Positions 1 through 7,118 of a DNA stretch of 15,962 bases are shown here, one piece after another. Each line of letters begins with the position of its first letter. Within the stretch, counting starts at the first letter, position 1. The notes beneath the pieces are model-generated. The model saw only the letters and a list, made by a program, of their open reading frames with translations, was not told the DNA's origin and did no database searches. The DNA is taken from NCBI GenBank assembly GCA_964637115.1, contig CAZWVL010000015.1, positions 1 to 15,962 on the forward strand, read 5' to 3'. The stretch comes from an uncultured Methanosarcinales archaeon. GTDB taxonomy: Archaea > Nanobdellota > Nanobdellia > Woesearchaeales > ARS49. The position numbers and the translations under genes were made by a program.

Positions 1-62
1 TTTTTTTCTAGAGACGGCCCGATGCTTACTTAAACTTTAGTCGTATCAATGAAGTAAAAAAA

Positions 63-443
63 TTAAACTCCGTAACTGATCGATACGGATTTGCGTTTGA
101 CGTCAACCTGGAATGGGAATGACTTGCCCGCTACTACCAGCGTTCCTAGATTGTTCGTGTCAAACTGTACTTCTATTTTTTGTTTTTGTCCTTTAAACCT
201 GTCTTCAAAGATGACTTTTCGCATTTGTCTATCAATGCCGCTGATGCTTAGCGCGTGTCTTACGCCGTCAATGGTTCTTGTGAACGAGTTTCCATTCACG
301 CGTACAATCTGGTATCTGTTGTACGAACGCACAACGCTTTCTCCTTGGCCGTAATAGTTGCCATATGCAGGTACTGTTCGTGCCACTACGACTGGCAGTG
401 CCAACATCAGAACAAGGCACAGCAATACAAACGTCTTCCTCAT
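63..443 (-). CDS. Hypothetical secreted protein (126 aa)
   Basis: ORF with SD AGAGGTGA just upstream of ATG; N-terminus MRKTFVLLCLVLMLALPVVVA resembles a Sec signal peptide; A7 on + (T7 on -) at 56-62 follows the stop. No family recognised. Confidence 0.75.
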   Translation of the reverse strand: MRKTFVLLCLVLMLALPVVVARTVPAYGNYYGQGESVVRSYNRYQIVRVNGNSFTRTIDGVRHALSISGIDRQMRKVIFEDRFKGQKQKIEVQFDTNNLGTLVVAGKSFPFQVDVKRKSVSISYGV

Positions 444-577
444 TACGCATCACCTCTTTTGTATTCAAAAGAGACCAGCTGAAAGCTCTGCCTCTTTTGG
501 TACTTTATATATGGCAGGTAATATTAAAATTTTACGCCTTCTGCAGTATACTTTTTACCTCTTGGAAAACAGAAACG

Positions 578-585
578 TTTATAAA
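578..585 (+). promoter_or_regulatory. TATA box (TTTATAAA) of tuf-rps10, with purine-rich BRE-like stretch upstream
   Basis: GAAAACAGAAACG-TTTATAAA about 60 nt upstream of the tuf ATG; SD GGAGGGG lies before the ATG. Confidence 0.55.
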
Positions 586-644
586 CCCCCGTCTGACTTT
601 TTTAGTTTTGTAATATTAACACTCAAGAAGGAGGGGCATATACA

Positions 645-1922
645 ATGGCAAAAGGAAAACCACACTTAAACATAGTATTCGTCGGTCACGTTGACCACGG
701 AAAGTCAACTACAGTTGGCAGAATGCTTTTCGATGCAGGCACTATTGATGAGCAGACTATGAGAAAGCTCAAGGAAAAAGCACAGGAGCTTGGAAAGTCA
801 GGCTTCGAATTCGCGTTCGTTATGGACTCATTGAAGGAAGAGCGAGAGCGTGGTATTACCATTGACTTGTCTCACAAGAAGTTCTCAACAAAGAAGTTTG
901 ACTTCACCATTATTGACGCACCTGGTCACAGGGACTTTATCAAGAACATGATTACCGGCGCTTCACAGGCAGATGCCGCTGTGCTCGTTATCGGTACTGA
1001 AGGTATCCAAGCTCAGACTAAGGAGCACGCATTCTTGTGCAAGACGCTTGGCGTTCAGCAGTTGATTGTTGCTTGCAATAAGCAGGACTTGAACAAGTAC
1101 GATCAGGCAAAGTTTGAAGCTACCAAAAAAGCAGCCCAGGACCTTGTCAAGAGCGTTGGCTACAAAGTTGATGACGTGCAGATTGTTCCAATAGCATCAT
1201 ACCCTGGCGAGAACGTTGTCAAGAAGCTTGGCAACATGCCTTGGTACACCGGCCCTTCATTGCTTGAAGCAATTGACAATTTGAAGGAACGTGTGAAGCC
1301 TACAAACTTGGCTTTGAGACTTCCAATCCAGGACGTTTACAACATTACAGGTATTGGTGTTGTTCCAGTCGGCAAGATTGAAACCGGCATTATGAAGGTT
1401 GGCCAAAAGGTCATCGTCATGCCGGGCAGGTCTGGCACCGGTATTACTGGCGAAGTCAAAACCATTGAAATGCACCACGAGCAGCTTACAGAAGCAGAGC
1501 CTGGTGACAACGTTGGTTTCAACTTGCGTGGTGTCGAAAAGAAGGACATCGCAAGAGGCGACGTTATTGGTCCAGTCGACAACCCTCCTACCGTTGCTGT
1601 TGAGTTTACTGCAAACATGATTATCTTGAACCATCCGACTGTTGTGACTGTTGGCTACACTCCTGTGTTCCACATCCACACTGCTCAGGTTGCGTGCCAG
1701 ATTACCGAGATAGTCAAGAAAATTAACCCGGCAACCGGCGAAACTTTGGCAGAGCATCCGGACTTCGTGAAGAATGGAGACGCTTGCGTCGTTAAGATTA
1801 AGCCAATCCAGCCTCTCGTTATCGAGAAGGTCAAGGAGTTCCCTCCATTGGGAAGGTTTGCAGTGCGTGACTCAGGCAACACTGTTGCTGCGGGCATGTG
1901 CATTGACTTGGTCAAGAAATAA
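645..1922 (+). CDS. tuf: Translation elongation factor 1-alpha (aEF-1A)
   Basis: GHVDHGKST (G1), ERERGITID (switch I), DAPGHRDF (G3), NKQD (G4), [10 protein letters not shown]-terminal GRFAVRD.G.TVAAG; 425 aa, archaeal type. Confidence 0.99.
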   Translation: MAKGKPHLNIVFVGHVDHGKSTTVGRMLFDAGTIDEQTMRKLKEKAQELGKSGFEFAFVMDSLKEERERGITIDLSHKKFSTKKFDFTIIDAPGHRDFIKNMITGASQADAAVLVIGTEGIQAQTKEHAFLCKTLGVQQLIVACNKQDLNKYDQAKFEATKKAAQDLVKSVGYKVDDVQIVPIASYPGENVVKKLGNMPWYTGPSLLEAIDNLKERVKPTNLALRLPIQDVYNITGIGVVPVGKIETGIMKVGQKVIVMPGRSGTGITGEVKTIEMHHEQLTEAEPGDNVGFNLRGVEKKDIARGDVIGPVDNPPTVAVEFTANMIILNHPTVVTVGYTPVFHIHTAQVACQITEIVKKINPATGETLAEHPDFVKNGDACVVKIKPIQPLVIEKVKEFPPLGRFAVRDSGNTVAAGMCIDLVKK

Positions 1923-1934
1923 TTTTTTATTTTC
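1923..1934 (+). terminator. T-rich tract after tuf (possible partial terminator)
   Basis: TTTTTTATTTTC directly after the tuf stop; oligo-T tracts are established archaeal termination signals. Confidence 0.35.
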
Positions 1935-1977
1935 ATTAATTAATCACGAAGACCTAAGAATCTCCGTGAACTGAAAC

Positions 1978-2289
1978 ATGCAGAAAGCAAGAATTAAGTT
2001 GGCGAGTGTAGACATTGACAAGTTAAATCAGACTTGTGCTTTCATTAAAGATATTGCTGACAAGACCGGTGTTGACATGCGCGGTCCTATTCCTCTTCCT
2101 ACAAAACGATTAAAACTCGCAACAAGACGTTCTCCTTGCGGTCAGGGCACTTCAACCTGGGAAAGGTATGAAATGCGTGTCCACAAGCGTTTGATTGACC
2201 TTGGTTTGGATGAAAGAGCTTTGCGCCTTGTTATGAGAGTTCCTATTCCAGAAGGTTTGAATATTGAGATAGAAATGATTGATGTTTAG
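1978..2289 (+). CDS. rps10: 30S ribosomal protein S10 (uS10)
   Basis: ARIKLAS..., GPIPLPTKRL, RRSPCGQGTSTWERYEMRVHKRLID: archaeal uS10 signature, in its canonical position after tuf. Confidence 0.98.
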   Translation: MQKARIKLASVDIDKLNQTCAFIKDIADKTGVDMRGPIPLPTKRLKLATRRSPCGQGTSTWERYEMRVHKRLIDLGLDERALRLVMRVPIPEGLNIEIEMIDV

Positions 2290-2360
2290 TTCTGATAAGC
2301 AAGGGTTTTAAGACGGTAAAAAACAAAACTTTAAATTTAGAGGATGTTCTGACCAATAAA

Positions 2361-2717
2361 ATGCTACCGCCTCATACACTGACAGACGTCATCAATAATA
2401 TTATTGACTTTCTGTTTGATTATCCGGGAGACTTGGTAGATTGGAACTGTTTGCCCGTCGGGAAGAATTTTGAAATGGATTTACTTTCAGGAAAGTCGAA
2501 TAATGACTTTTTTAAAGAATCTGCCATAAGATTGAGTGAATTCTTATTCGGTGAATTACAGGAAATTGATTTTCCTCTGGGAGATTTGAAAAAAGCAACA
2601 CTTTCTGGTTCTGCAAGTTCTGGCGTGTCTCGGGTAAAAATAGTTATTCTTCTTAAATCAGGCAAGGAATACTCAAAGGAACACGTTGTTCATCATGAAT
2701 CACCCAAGCAAGCTTAA
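2361..2717 (+). CDS. Hypothetical protein (118 aa), probably leaderless
   Basis: ORF fills the gap after rps10; TTTAAAT at 2330-2336 is 25-31 nt before the ATG. No family recognised. Confidence 0.7.
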   Translation: MLPPHTLTDVINNIIDFLFDYPGDLVDWNCLPVGKNFEMDLLSGKSNNDFFKESAIRLSEFLFGELQEIDFPLGDLKKATLSGSASSGVSRVKIVILLKSGKEYSKEHVVHHESPKQA

Positions 2718-2744
2718 TTAAGCAACAATTATTTCCAGTTCAGA

Positions 2745-2825
2745 ATGCAACACTGCGAAGAATGCGGTATGACTGGGCCTGTGTGCAAGGGCTGTAACAA
2801 GTGTCCGTCGTGCTGTACGTGCTAG
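2745..2825 (+). CDS. Cys-rich micropeptide MQHCEECGMTGPVCKGCNKCPSCCTC (26 aa, 8 Cys); metallothionein-like or zinc-binding candidate. Not in ORF track
   Basis: Hand translation of ATG 2745 to TAG 2823-2825; pattern CxxC-x6-CxxCxxCxxCCxC; fills the gap up to the ZIP gene; TTAATTAA at 2714-2721 sits at TATA distance. Confidence 0.7.
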   Translation: MQHCEECGMTGPVCKGCNKCPSCCTC

Positions 2826-3577
2826 CGCACAAATACCGTCATCGCCCAGATGACCGCTACTCCAAGTAAGAAAAAGAATAATTGCTGGAACGCTTTCTGA
2901 ATATTGCGCTCTTTGTGCAGTTCTGGTAAAAGATCTGCACTTGCAATATAAATAAATCCGCCTGCTGCAAATGGAACTAAGAACGCGCTCAGGTTGCCGA
3001 ACACTATGCTGAAATAAAAGACTGCCAGTGCTCCAAGTATTGCCGTGAGTGCCGACAGGAAATTGAAAAATAATGCTTTTCCTCTGGACAATCCTCCGAA
3101 TATGAGTATTCCGAAATCTCCCAGTTCTTGTGGTATTTCGTGCAAGACAACCGCTACTGTTGTCGCAATGCCAACAGGAATGCTTGCCAGATAACCAGCC
3201 GCTATTATCATTCCGTCAACAAAGTTGTGGATGGCGTCTCCAAACAAATTGAGCCAGGCGAACGGATGCACTTTCTTGTGTGTTGCGTGGTGATGGTGAT
3301 GCCCATAGTGGCAGTGATACCAATAAAGGAATGTTTCAATGATGTAAAATACCAACACTCCTACAAGTGCATAAACAAAAATTGGCCCGCCTGTTGTTTC
3401 GAGTGATTCTGGCAGCAAATCAAGGAATGCTGCTCCCAGCAATGCTCCTGCCGCAAAGCTTACCAGTCCAAACAAAATCTTGTCAAGCAATTTTGGTCGC
3501 AAATAAAGTGTTAGTACACCGACAAATGATACTAAGCTGACAAGAATGACTGATACCAAGATGTATGTTAAAACCAT
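2822..3577 (-). CDS. ZIP family divalent metal (Zn/Fe/Mn) transporter
   Basis: About 8 hydrophobic segments; TM4 HNFVDG and TM5 HEIPQELGD motifs; His-rich loop HCHYGHHHHHATH. Confidence 0.95.
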   Translation of the reverse strand: MVLTYILVSVILVSLVSFVGVLTLYLRPKLLDKILFGLVSFAAGALLGAAFLDLLPESLETTGGPIFVYALVGVLVFYIIETFLYWYHCHYGHHHHHATHKKVHPFAWLNLFGDAIHNFVDGMIIAAGYLASIPVGIATTVAVVLHEIPQELGDFGILIFGGLSRGKALFFNFLSALTAILGALAVFYFSIVFGNLSAFLVPFAAGGFIYIASADLLPELHKERNIQKAFQQLFFFLLGVAVIWAMTVFVR

Positions 3578-3597
3578 ACTCTATTCTTCTCATACGC

Positions 3598-3636
3598 TAT
3601 ATAAAAATCTTTGGTACTTCTAAAAAGGATTAAATA
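3598..3636. promoter_or_regulatory. Back-to-back TATA boxes for ZIP (- strand, 3598-3605) and NUDIX-yvcK (+ strand, 3630-3636)
   Basis: TTTATATA on - is 21-28 nt from ZIP ATG 3577; TTAAATA on + is 23-29 nt from ATG 3659. Both fit leaderless starts. Confidence 0.5.
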
Positions 3637-3658
3637 CCCCCCTATTTCATTTTACGCT

Positions 3659-4186
3659 ATGAAAGAGGTTTTGGATATTGTTGACGCGCACGATGAAATA
3701 GTTGGCAAGGCAGATAGGGCTGACGCCCACAAGAAGGACTTGCTGCATCGTGTTGTGCACGTCATGGTATTTGATCCTGATGGCAAACTCTTTATACAGC
3801 AGCGAGCATTGTCAAAAGATAAGTACCCGGGTTTTTTTGAAGGTTCTTTATCTGGCCATGTTAAGAGCGGTGAAACATTCAAAGATGCTGCAGAAAGAGA
3901 GCTGCATGAGGAGTTGAATATTTGTGCAGTGCCCAAGCGTGTCAAGGAAATTATTAAGTTCGGTCTTCATGAAGCAGACGAGCGGATTTTAACAGAGTTG
4001 TACGCCCTGAAAGATTTTAAAGGCGGGATTGAACTTGACAAAGACGAAGTTAAGTCTGGTGAATTTTGGACGATGAAAAAGTTGGATGAAGAAATAAAAG
4101 CAGGAAAGAAATTATTTCATCCGTTATTCCTCAAAGCATTAAAAGAATTTAGGGCAATGAAAGAAACAACCAAGGAGTATTTATGA
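3659..4186 (+). CDS. NUDIX hydrolase, IDI/YfcD-like (start re-called to ATG 3659)
   Basis: Nudix box GHVKSGE-x7-RELHEELNI; IDI-like N-terminus DIVD..D.IVG...R..AH...LLHRVVHV. The track start at 3611 is TTG and overlaps the promoter region. Confidence 0.9.
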   Translation: MKEVLDIVDAHDEIVGKADRADAHKKDLLHRVVHVMVFDPDGKLFIQQRALSKDKYPGFFEGSLSGHVKSGETFKDAAERELHEELNICAVPKRVKEIIKFGLHEADERILTELYALKDFKGGIELDKDEVKSGEFWTMKKLDEEIKAGKKLFHPLFLKALKEFRAMKETTKEYL

Positions 4187-5124
4187 AAGTTGTCGTTATC
4201 GGCGGCGGAACCGGCAGTTTCACAGTATTAAGAGGATTAAAAAATAAAGTAGATGACCTCAGTGCCGTTGTTACCATGTTTGACAGCGGCGGCTCTACCG
4301 GTCTTTTAAGAGACGAATTCGGCATCCTGCCTCCTGGTGATGTCAGGCGTTGCCTTATCGCATTGGCAGACGAAAACGACAATGTTCTCAGGCAGTTGTT
4401 TATTTTCCGTTTCGACGAGCACAGCAGCCTGCAGGGCCATTCTTTCGGCAATCTTTTCCTTACTGCATTGACAGAACTTACTGGCAGCGAAGCAGAAGCT
4501 ATCAGGCAGGCTTCAAAGGTTCTCCGCATTAAAGGCAGGGTTCTTCCTGTTTCGTTTGACAACTGCCACGTTTGCGCAGAACTTGAGAACAAGCAGATTA
4601 TCAAGGGTGAAACAAACATCGATATTCCTCAGCACGATCCGAATTTGCGCATTATGAAAGCTTGGCTTGAGCCTGAGGCAAAGGCAAATCCCGAAGCAAT
4701 CCAGGCGATAAAAAATGCTGATTTGGTCGTCATAGGTCCTGGAGACTTATTCTCAAGCATTGTTCCCAATTTATTGGTCAAAGGTGTTACTGAAGCGTTG
4801 AAATCTACAAAAGCAAAGAAGGTTTTTGTGTGCAGTCTGATGACTAAATATGGAGAAACAACCGGTTACAAAGCATCTGATTACTTGAAAGAAATTATCA
4901 AGTACGGCGGCTCTCCAGATGTCATTCTTTGCAACTCTGCAAAGGGCAATCCTGTTTTGCTGAAGAAGTACGCCAGCCAGAATCAGTTTCCAGTGCAGGT
5001 TGACGAAAAGGAAATCGCAAAGACCGGCGTGAAATTAGTAACAGGCGACGTGATGTCCGCTCCTGAACTTATCCGTCACGATAGTGAGAAGTTGGCAAAC
5101 GCGTTAATCAAGCTGGCCCAGTAA
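4183..5124 (+). CDS. yvcK: YvcK/GlmR (UPF0052, CofD-related) family protein
   Basis: KVVVIGGGTG, DSGGSTGLLR, LPPGDVRRCL, GHSFGNL, GPGDLFSSIVPNL, RHDSEKLA; ATGA overlap with the NUDIX gene. Confidence 0.9.
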   Translation: MKVVVIGGGTGSFTVLRGLKNKVDDLSAVVTMFDSGGSTGLLRDEFGILPPGDVRRCLIALADENDNVLRQLFIFRFDEHSSLQGHSFGNLFLTALTELTGSEAEAIRQASKVLRIKGRVLPVSFDNCHVCAELENKQIIKGETNIDIPQHDPNLRIMKAWLEPEAKANPEAIQAIKNADLVVIGPGDLFSSIVPNLLVKGVTEALKSTKAKKVFVCSLMTKYGETTGYKASDYLKEIIKYGGSPDVILCNSAKGNPVLLKKYASQNQFPVQVDEKEIAKTGVKLVTGDVMSAPELIRHDSEKLANALIKLAQ

Positions 5125-5443
5125 GTTCGTTTATTTTCGCTGCAAGAATGAAATCATTCTCGCTCAGTCCCTTGATGGCGTGAGTTATCATCTCTAAAGT
5201 TATCGTGTTCCAATACCAATGTATGTCTGGGTGGTGTCCTTCTGCTTCTGCTAAAAACTTGATTTTCTCCAGCCACGAGCTTGCTTCAACAAAATCTGCA
5301 AACTTCCAGGTGCGGTGTAACTTGCCGTCTACAATCTTCCATCCTTGTACTTTTGGCAGAAGTTTTTCTATCTGAACTTTTGTCAGCGACTGTACGCCTC
5401 CTTCACACGGCTCGCATTTCTTTTTAGTTAAATCAGTGCTCAT
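5108..5443 (-). CDS. phhB: Pterin-4-alpha-carbinolamine dehydratase
   Basis: CEPCEGG N-terminus, W.F.DF..A, AEAEGHHPDI, THAIKGLSENDFILAAKIN. Confidence 0.93.
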   Translation of the reverse strand: MSTDLTKKKCEPCEGGVQSLTKVQIEKLLPKVQGWKIVDGKLHRTWKFADFVEASSWLEKIKFLAEAEGHHPDIHWYWNTITLEMITHAIKGLSENDFILAAKINELTGPA

Positions 5444-6227
5444 GGTTCTTCTCGACCGAATGTTTGATGAAGACTATGAGTGCAAGCAGCACTACTAATG
5501 TGACGAGCGAGGCAAGCGTAATGGTCGGCATTGCAATGCGTTGTTCTGTAAAGGTGAACTCTATCATCCAGACGCCCATTACAATAAGGAGTACGCCGGT
5601 AAACAACCGCATGAGTCCTTTATGTTTTTGACGCCAGTTCTCAAAGTGTTTCCAATGGATGCCTTTGTAGACCATGAAAAGTATTAGGATAAGCGGTACG
5701 ACAAAAATCAGATTGTAAATGACAAGGAAGCTAATATTGCCAACGGTAACGCCGCTCAATGACATTAGTGCAAGAACTGCTAAATATACCGCTCCCGTGC
5801 ACGGCAGTTCAACAAGTGCAACAAATGTTCCAAGGAATGCAGAAGTGTACCACTTGTCTCCAACGTGTTTGACGTATTTTTTGATGCGTGCTGCTTCTGA
5901 CGGGAAAATCGTTAAACTGAATCCTTTTCCGTACCAGAAGTAGTCTTTTATTTCTATTAGTCCGGCAAGAACAACAAGCCCGGCTATAACATAGTATGAT
6001 GCGACCGAGAATCCTGCCAGTTTTCGGATGATTGGCAAAAGTATCAGTCCGCATACTAGATATGTTAGAAACACGAAAAAAATGTAGACAAGGCCGTTTA
6101 AGAGCATCTTGCGCTTGGCAGTTTTTGCCAGGTAGGCGAGCATGAAGATAAGTACTCCAAATGCGCAGGGGTTGATTCCGTCAATTAATGCTGCGCCTAC
6201 TATGATTGGAAGGCTTATTTCGCTCAT
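5433..6227 (-). CDS. CcdA/DsbD transmembrane-domain-like protein (GAP/CcdA-related)
   Basis: Polytopic membrane protein with two Pro-Cys motifs, DGINPCAF and ELPCTGAVY, placed like the redox Cys pair of CcdA/DsbD-beta. Confidence 0.8.
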   Translation of the reverse strand: MSEISLPIIVGAALIDGINPCAFGVLIFMLAYLAKTAKRKMLLNGLVYIFFVFLTYLVCGLILLPIIRKLAGFSVASYYVIAGLVVLAGLIEIKDYFWYGKGFSLTIFPSEAARIKKYVKHVGDKWYTSAFLGTFVALVELPCTGAVYLAVLALMSLSGVTVGNISFLVIYNLIFVVPLILILFMVYKGIHWKHFENWRQKHKGLMRLFTGVLLIVMGVWMIEFTFTEQRIAMPTITLASLVTLVVLLALIVFIKHSVEKNHEH

Positions 6228-6230
6228 AAA

Positions 6231-6284
6231 CTAGCAAAACTCGCAGACGTTTTTCTTTGCTTTCTTCTTCTTTTTTGGTGCCAT
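6231..6284 (-). CDS. 17-aa micropeptide MAPKKKKKAKKNVCEFC (poly-Lys plus C-terminal CxxC). Not in ORF track
   Basis: Hand translation; GAGG SD in the 11 nt between the upstream stop (6296) and this ATG (6284); its TAG ends 3 nt before the next ATG (6227). Confidence 0.65.
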   Translation of the reverse strand: MAPKKKKKAKKNVCEFC

Positions 6285-6295
6285 GATTGCCTCTT

Positions 6296-6832
6296 TTAGC
6301 TAAAAGTAATTAGTATCTCATCATCATCTTTCCAGACGTACTTGTCGAATTCGGTGCTTGGTTGTTCGTTGACAAACATTCTTACTGTTCCTGGTTTTCC
6401 ATCTGGGCATGCATCGCCGTTGCAATAGTTTGCAATGCAGCGTTCATTGAATCTGATGTCAAAATCGTTCATTAGTGTTCCTAATTGTAATGGGGTTGTT
6501 TCCAGCAGTTTGCCGCTGACCGGGTCATATGGCAGTCGTTCGTGGAAATGTACGTAATTGCGTTCTTTATGAGTGTGTGACGTCTCTAGCGGGCCGTGTT
6601 CTAATGGCATGCTGATGCTCTTGCCGCATATGTCAAAGTGTATGCCCATATGGATGTGGAATGTTTTGACGCATTTGTCCGGTCCGCATACTTCAAATTC
6701 TTCGACGCTTTCCTGGTTCTCGATAACATACCAGACTGAATATGCAATGTAGATTAAAACTATGACTGCTGCTATGTAGCCAGCCGTTATCCACGGATTC
6801 CTCTTTTTCTTCCATATGTCTTTGCGTGCCAT
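6296..6832 (-). CDS. Membrane-anchored His/Cys-rich exported protein of unknown function (178 aa)
   Basis: Basic N-terminus followed by one TM helix; motifs HIHMGIH, HTH and HFH; 6 Cys; TTAATAAA on - at 6857-6864, about 25 nt upstream. Confidence 0.85.
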   Translation of the reverse strand: MARKDIWKKKRNPWITAGYIAAVIVLIYIAYSVWYVIENQESVEEFEVCGPDKCVKTFHIHMGIHFDICGKSISMPLEHGPLETSHTHKERNYVHFHERLPYDPVSGKLLETTPLQLGTLMNDFDIRFNERCIANYCNGDACPDGKPGTVRMFVNEQPSTEFDKYVWKDDDEILITFS

Positions 6833-6907
6833 CTGTCTTTAAATGCACTTTGCTCTTTTATTAATGTTGTGGTAAGATTTATATGCCAAGACAGCATGAA
6901 AACATCC

Positions 6908-7117
6908 ATGGGGATTGTTTCAAAACTTAATTCGTGGGTGGTTGAGGGTATTGCCGCAGTGGTTTTGGTATCGTGTACAGGCTGCCCGACTGGTCAGATT
7001 TCTGACAATGAAAAGCGCGCATTTGACACAGAAATATATCAGAATAATCTGCGCCAGTCGCAAAGATTTGGCGCTTCAGGAAACGTATACCGCCCAACCT
7101 ACGCTCAGGATAAGTAA
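6908..7117 (+). CDS. Putative small lipoprotein (69 aa; start re-called from 6869)
   Basis: TTTATAT at 6878-6884 is 24-30 nt before ATG 6908; hydrophobic stretch ends in lipobox-like VLVSC; stop lies next to the tRNA 3' end. Confidence 0.5.
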   Translation: MGIVSKLNSWVVEGIAAVVLVSCTGCPTGQISDNEKRAFDTEIYQNNLRQSQRFGASGNVYRPTYAQDK

Positions 7118-7118
7118 A

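Noticed and set aside
1945-1970. Weak hairpin TCACG...CGTGA between tuf and rps10
   Set aside because: Only a 5-bp outer stem with an interrupted inner stem; not enough to call a regulatory leader.
2361-2825. Cys peptide is in frame with the upstream 118-aa ORF (possible readthrough fusion)
   Set aside because: A one-in-three coincidence; the stop is TAA with no recoding signal, and the peptide has its own ATG.
3659-4186. Calling the NUDIX protein isopentenyl-diphosphate isomerase (idi)
   Set aside because: The catalytic Cys motif of type-1 IDI is absent (SLSGH).
4183-5124. Calling the gene cofD (F420 biosynthesis)
   Set aside because: Motifs fit the YvcK branch, and no cof genes are nearby.
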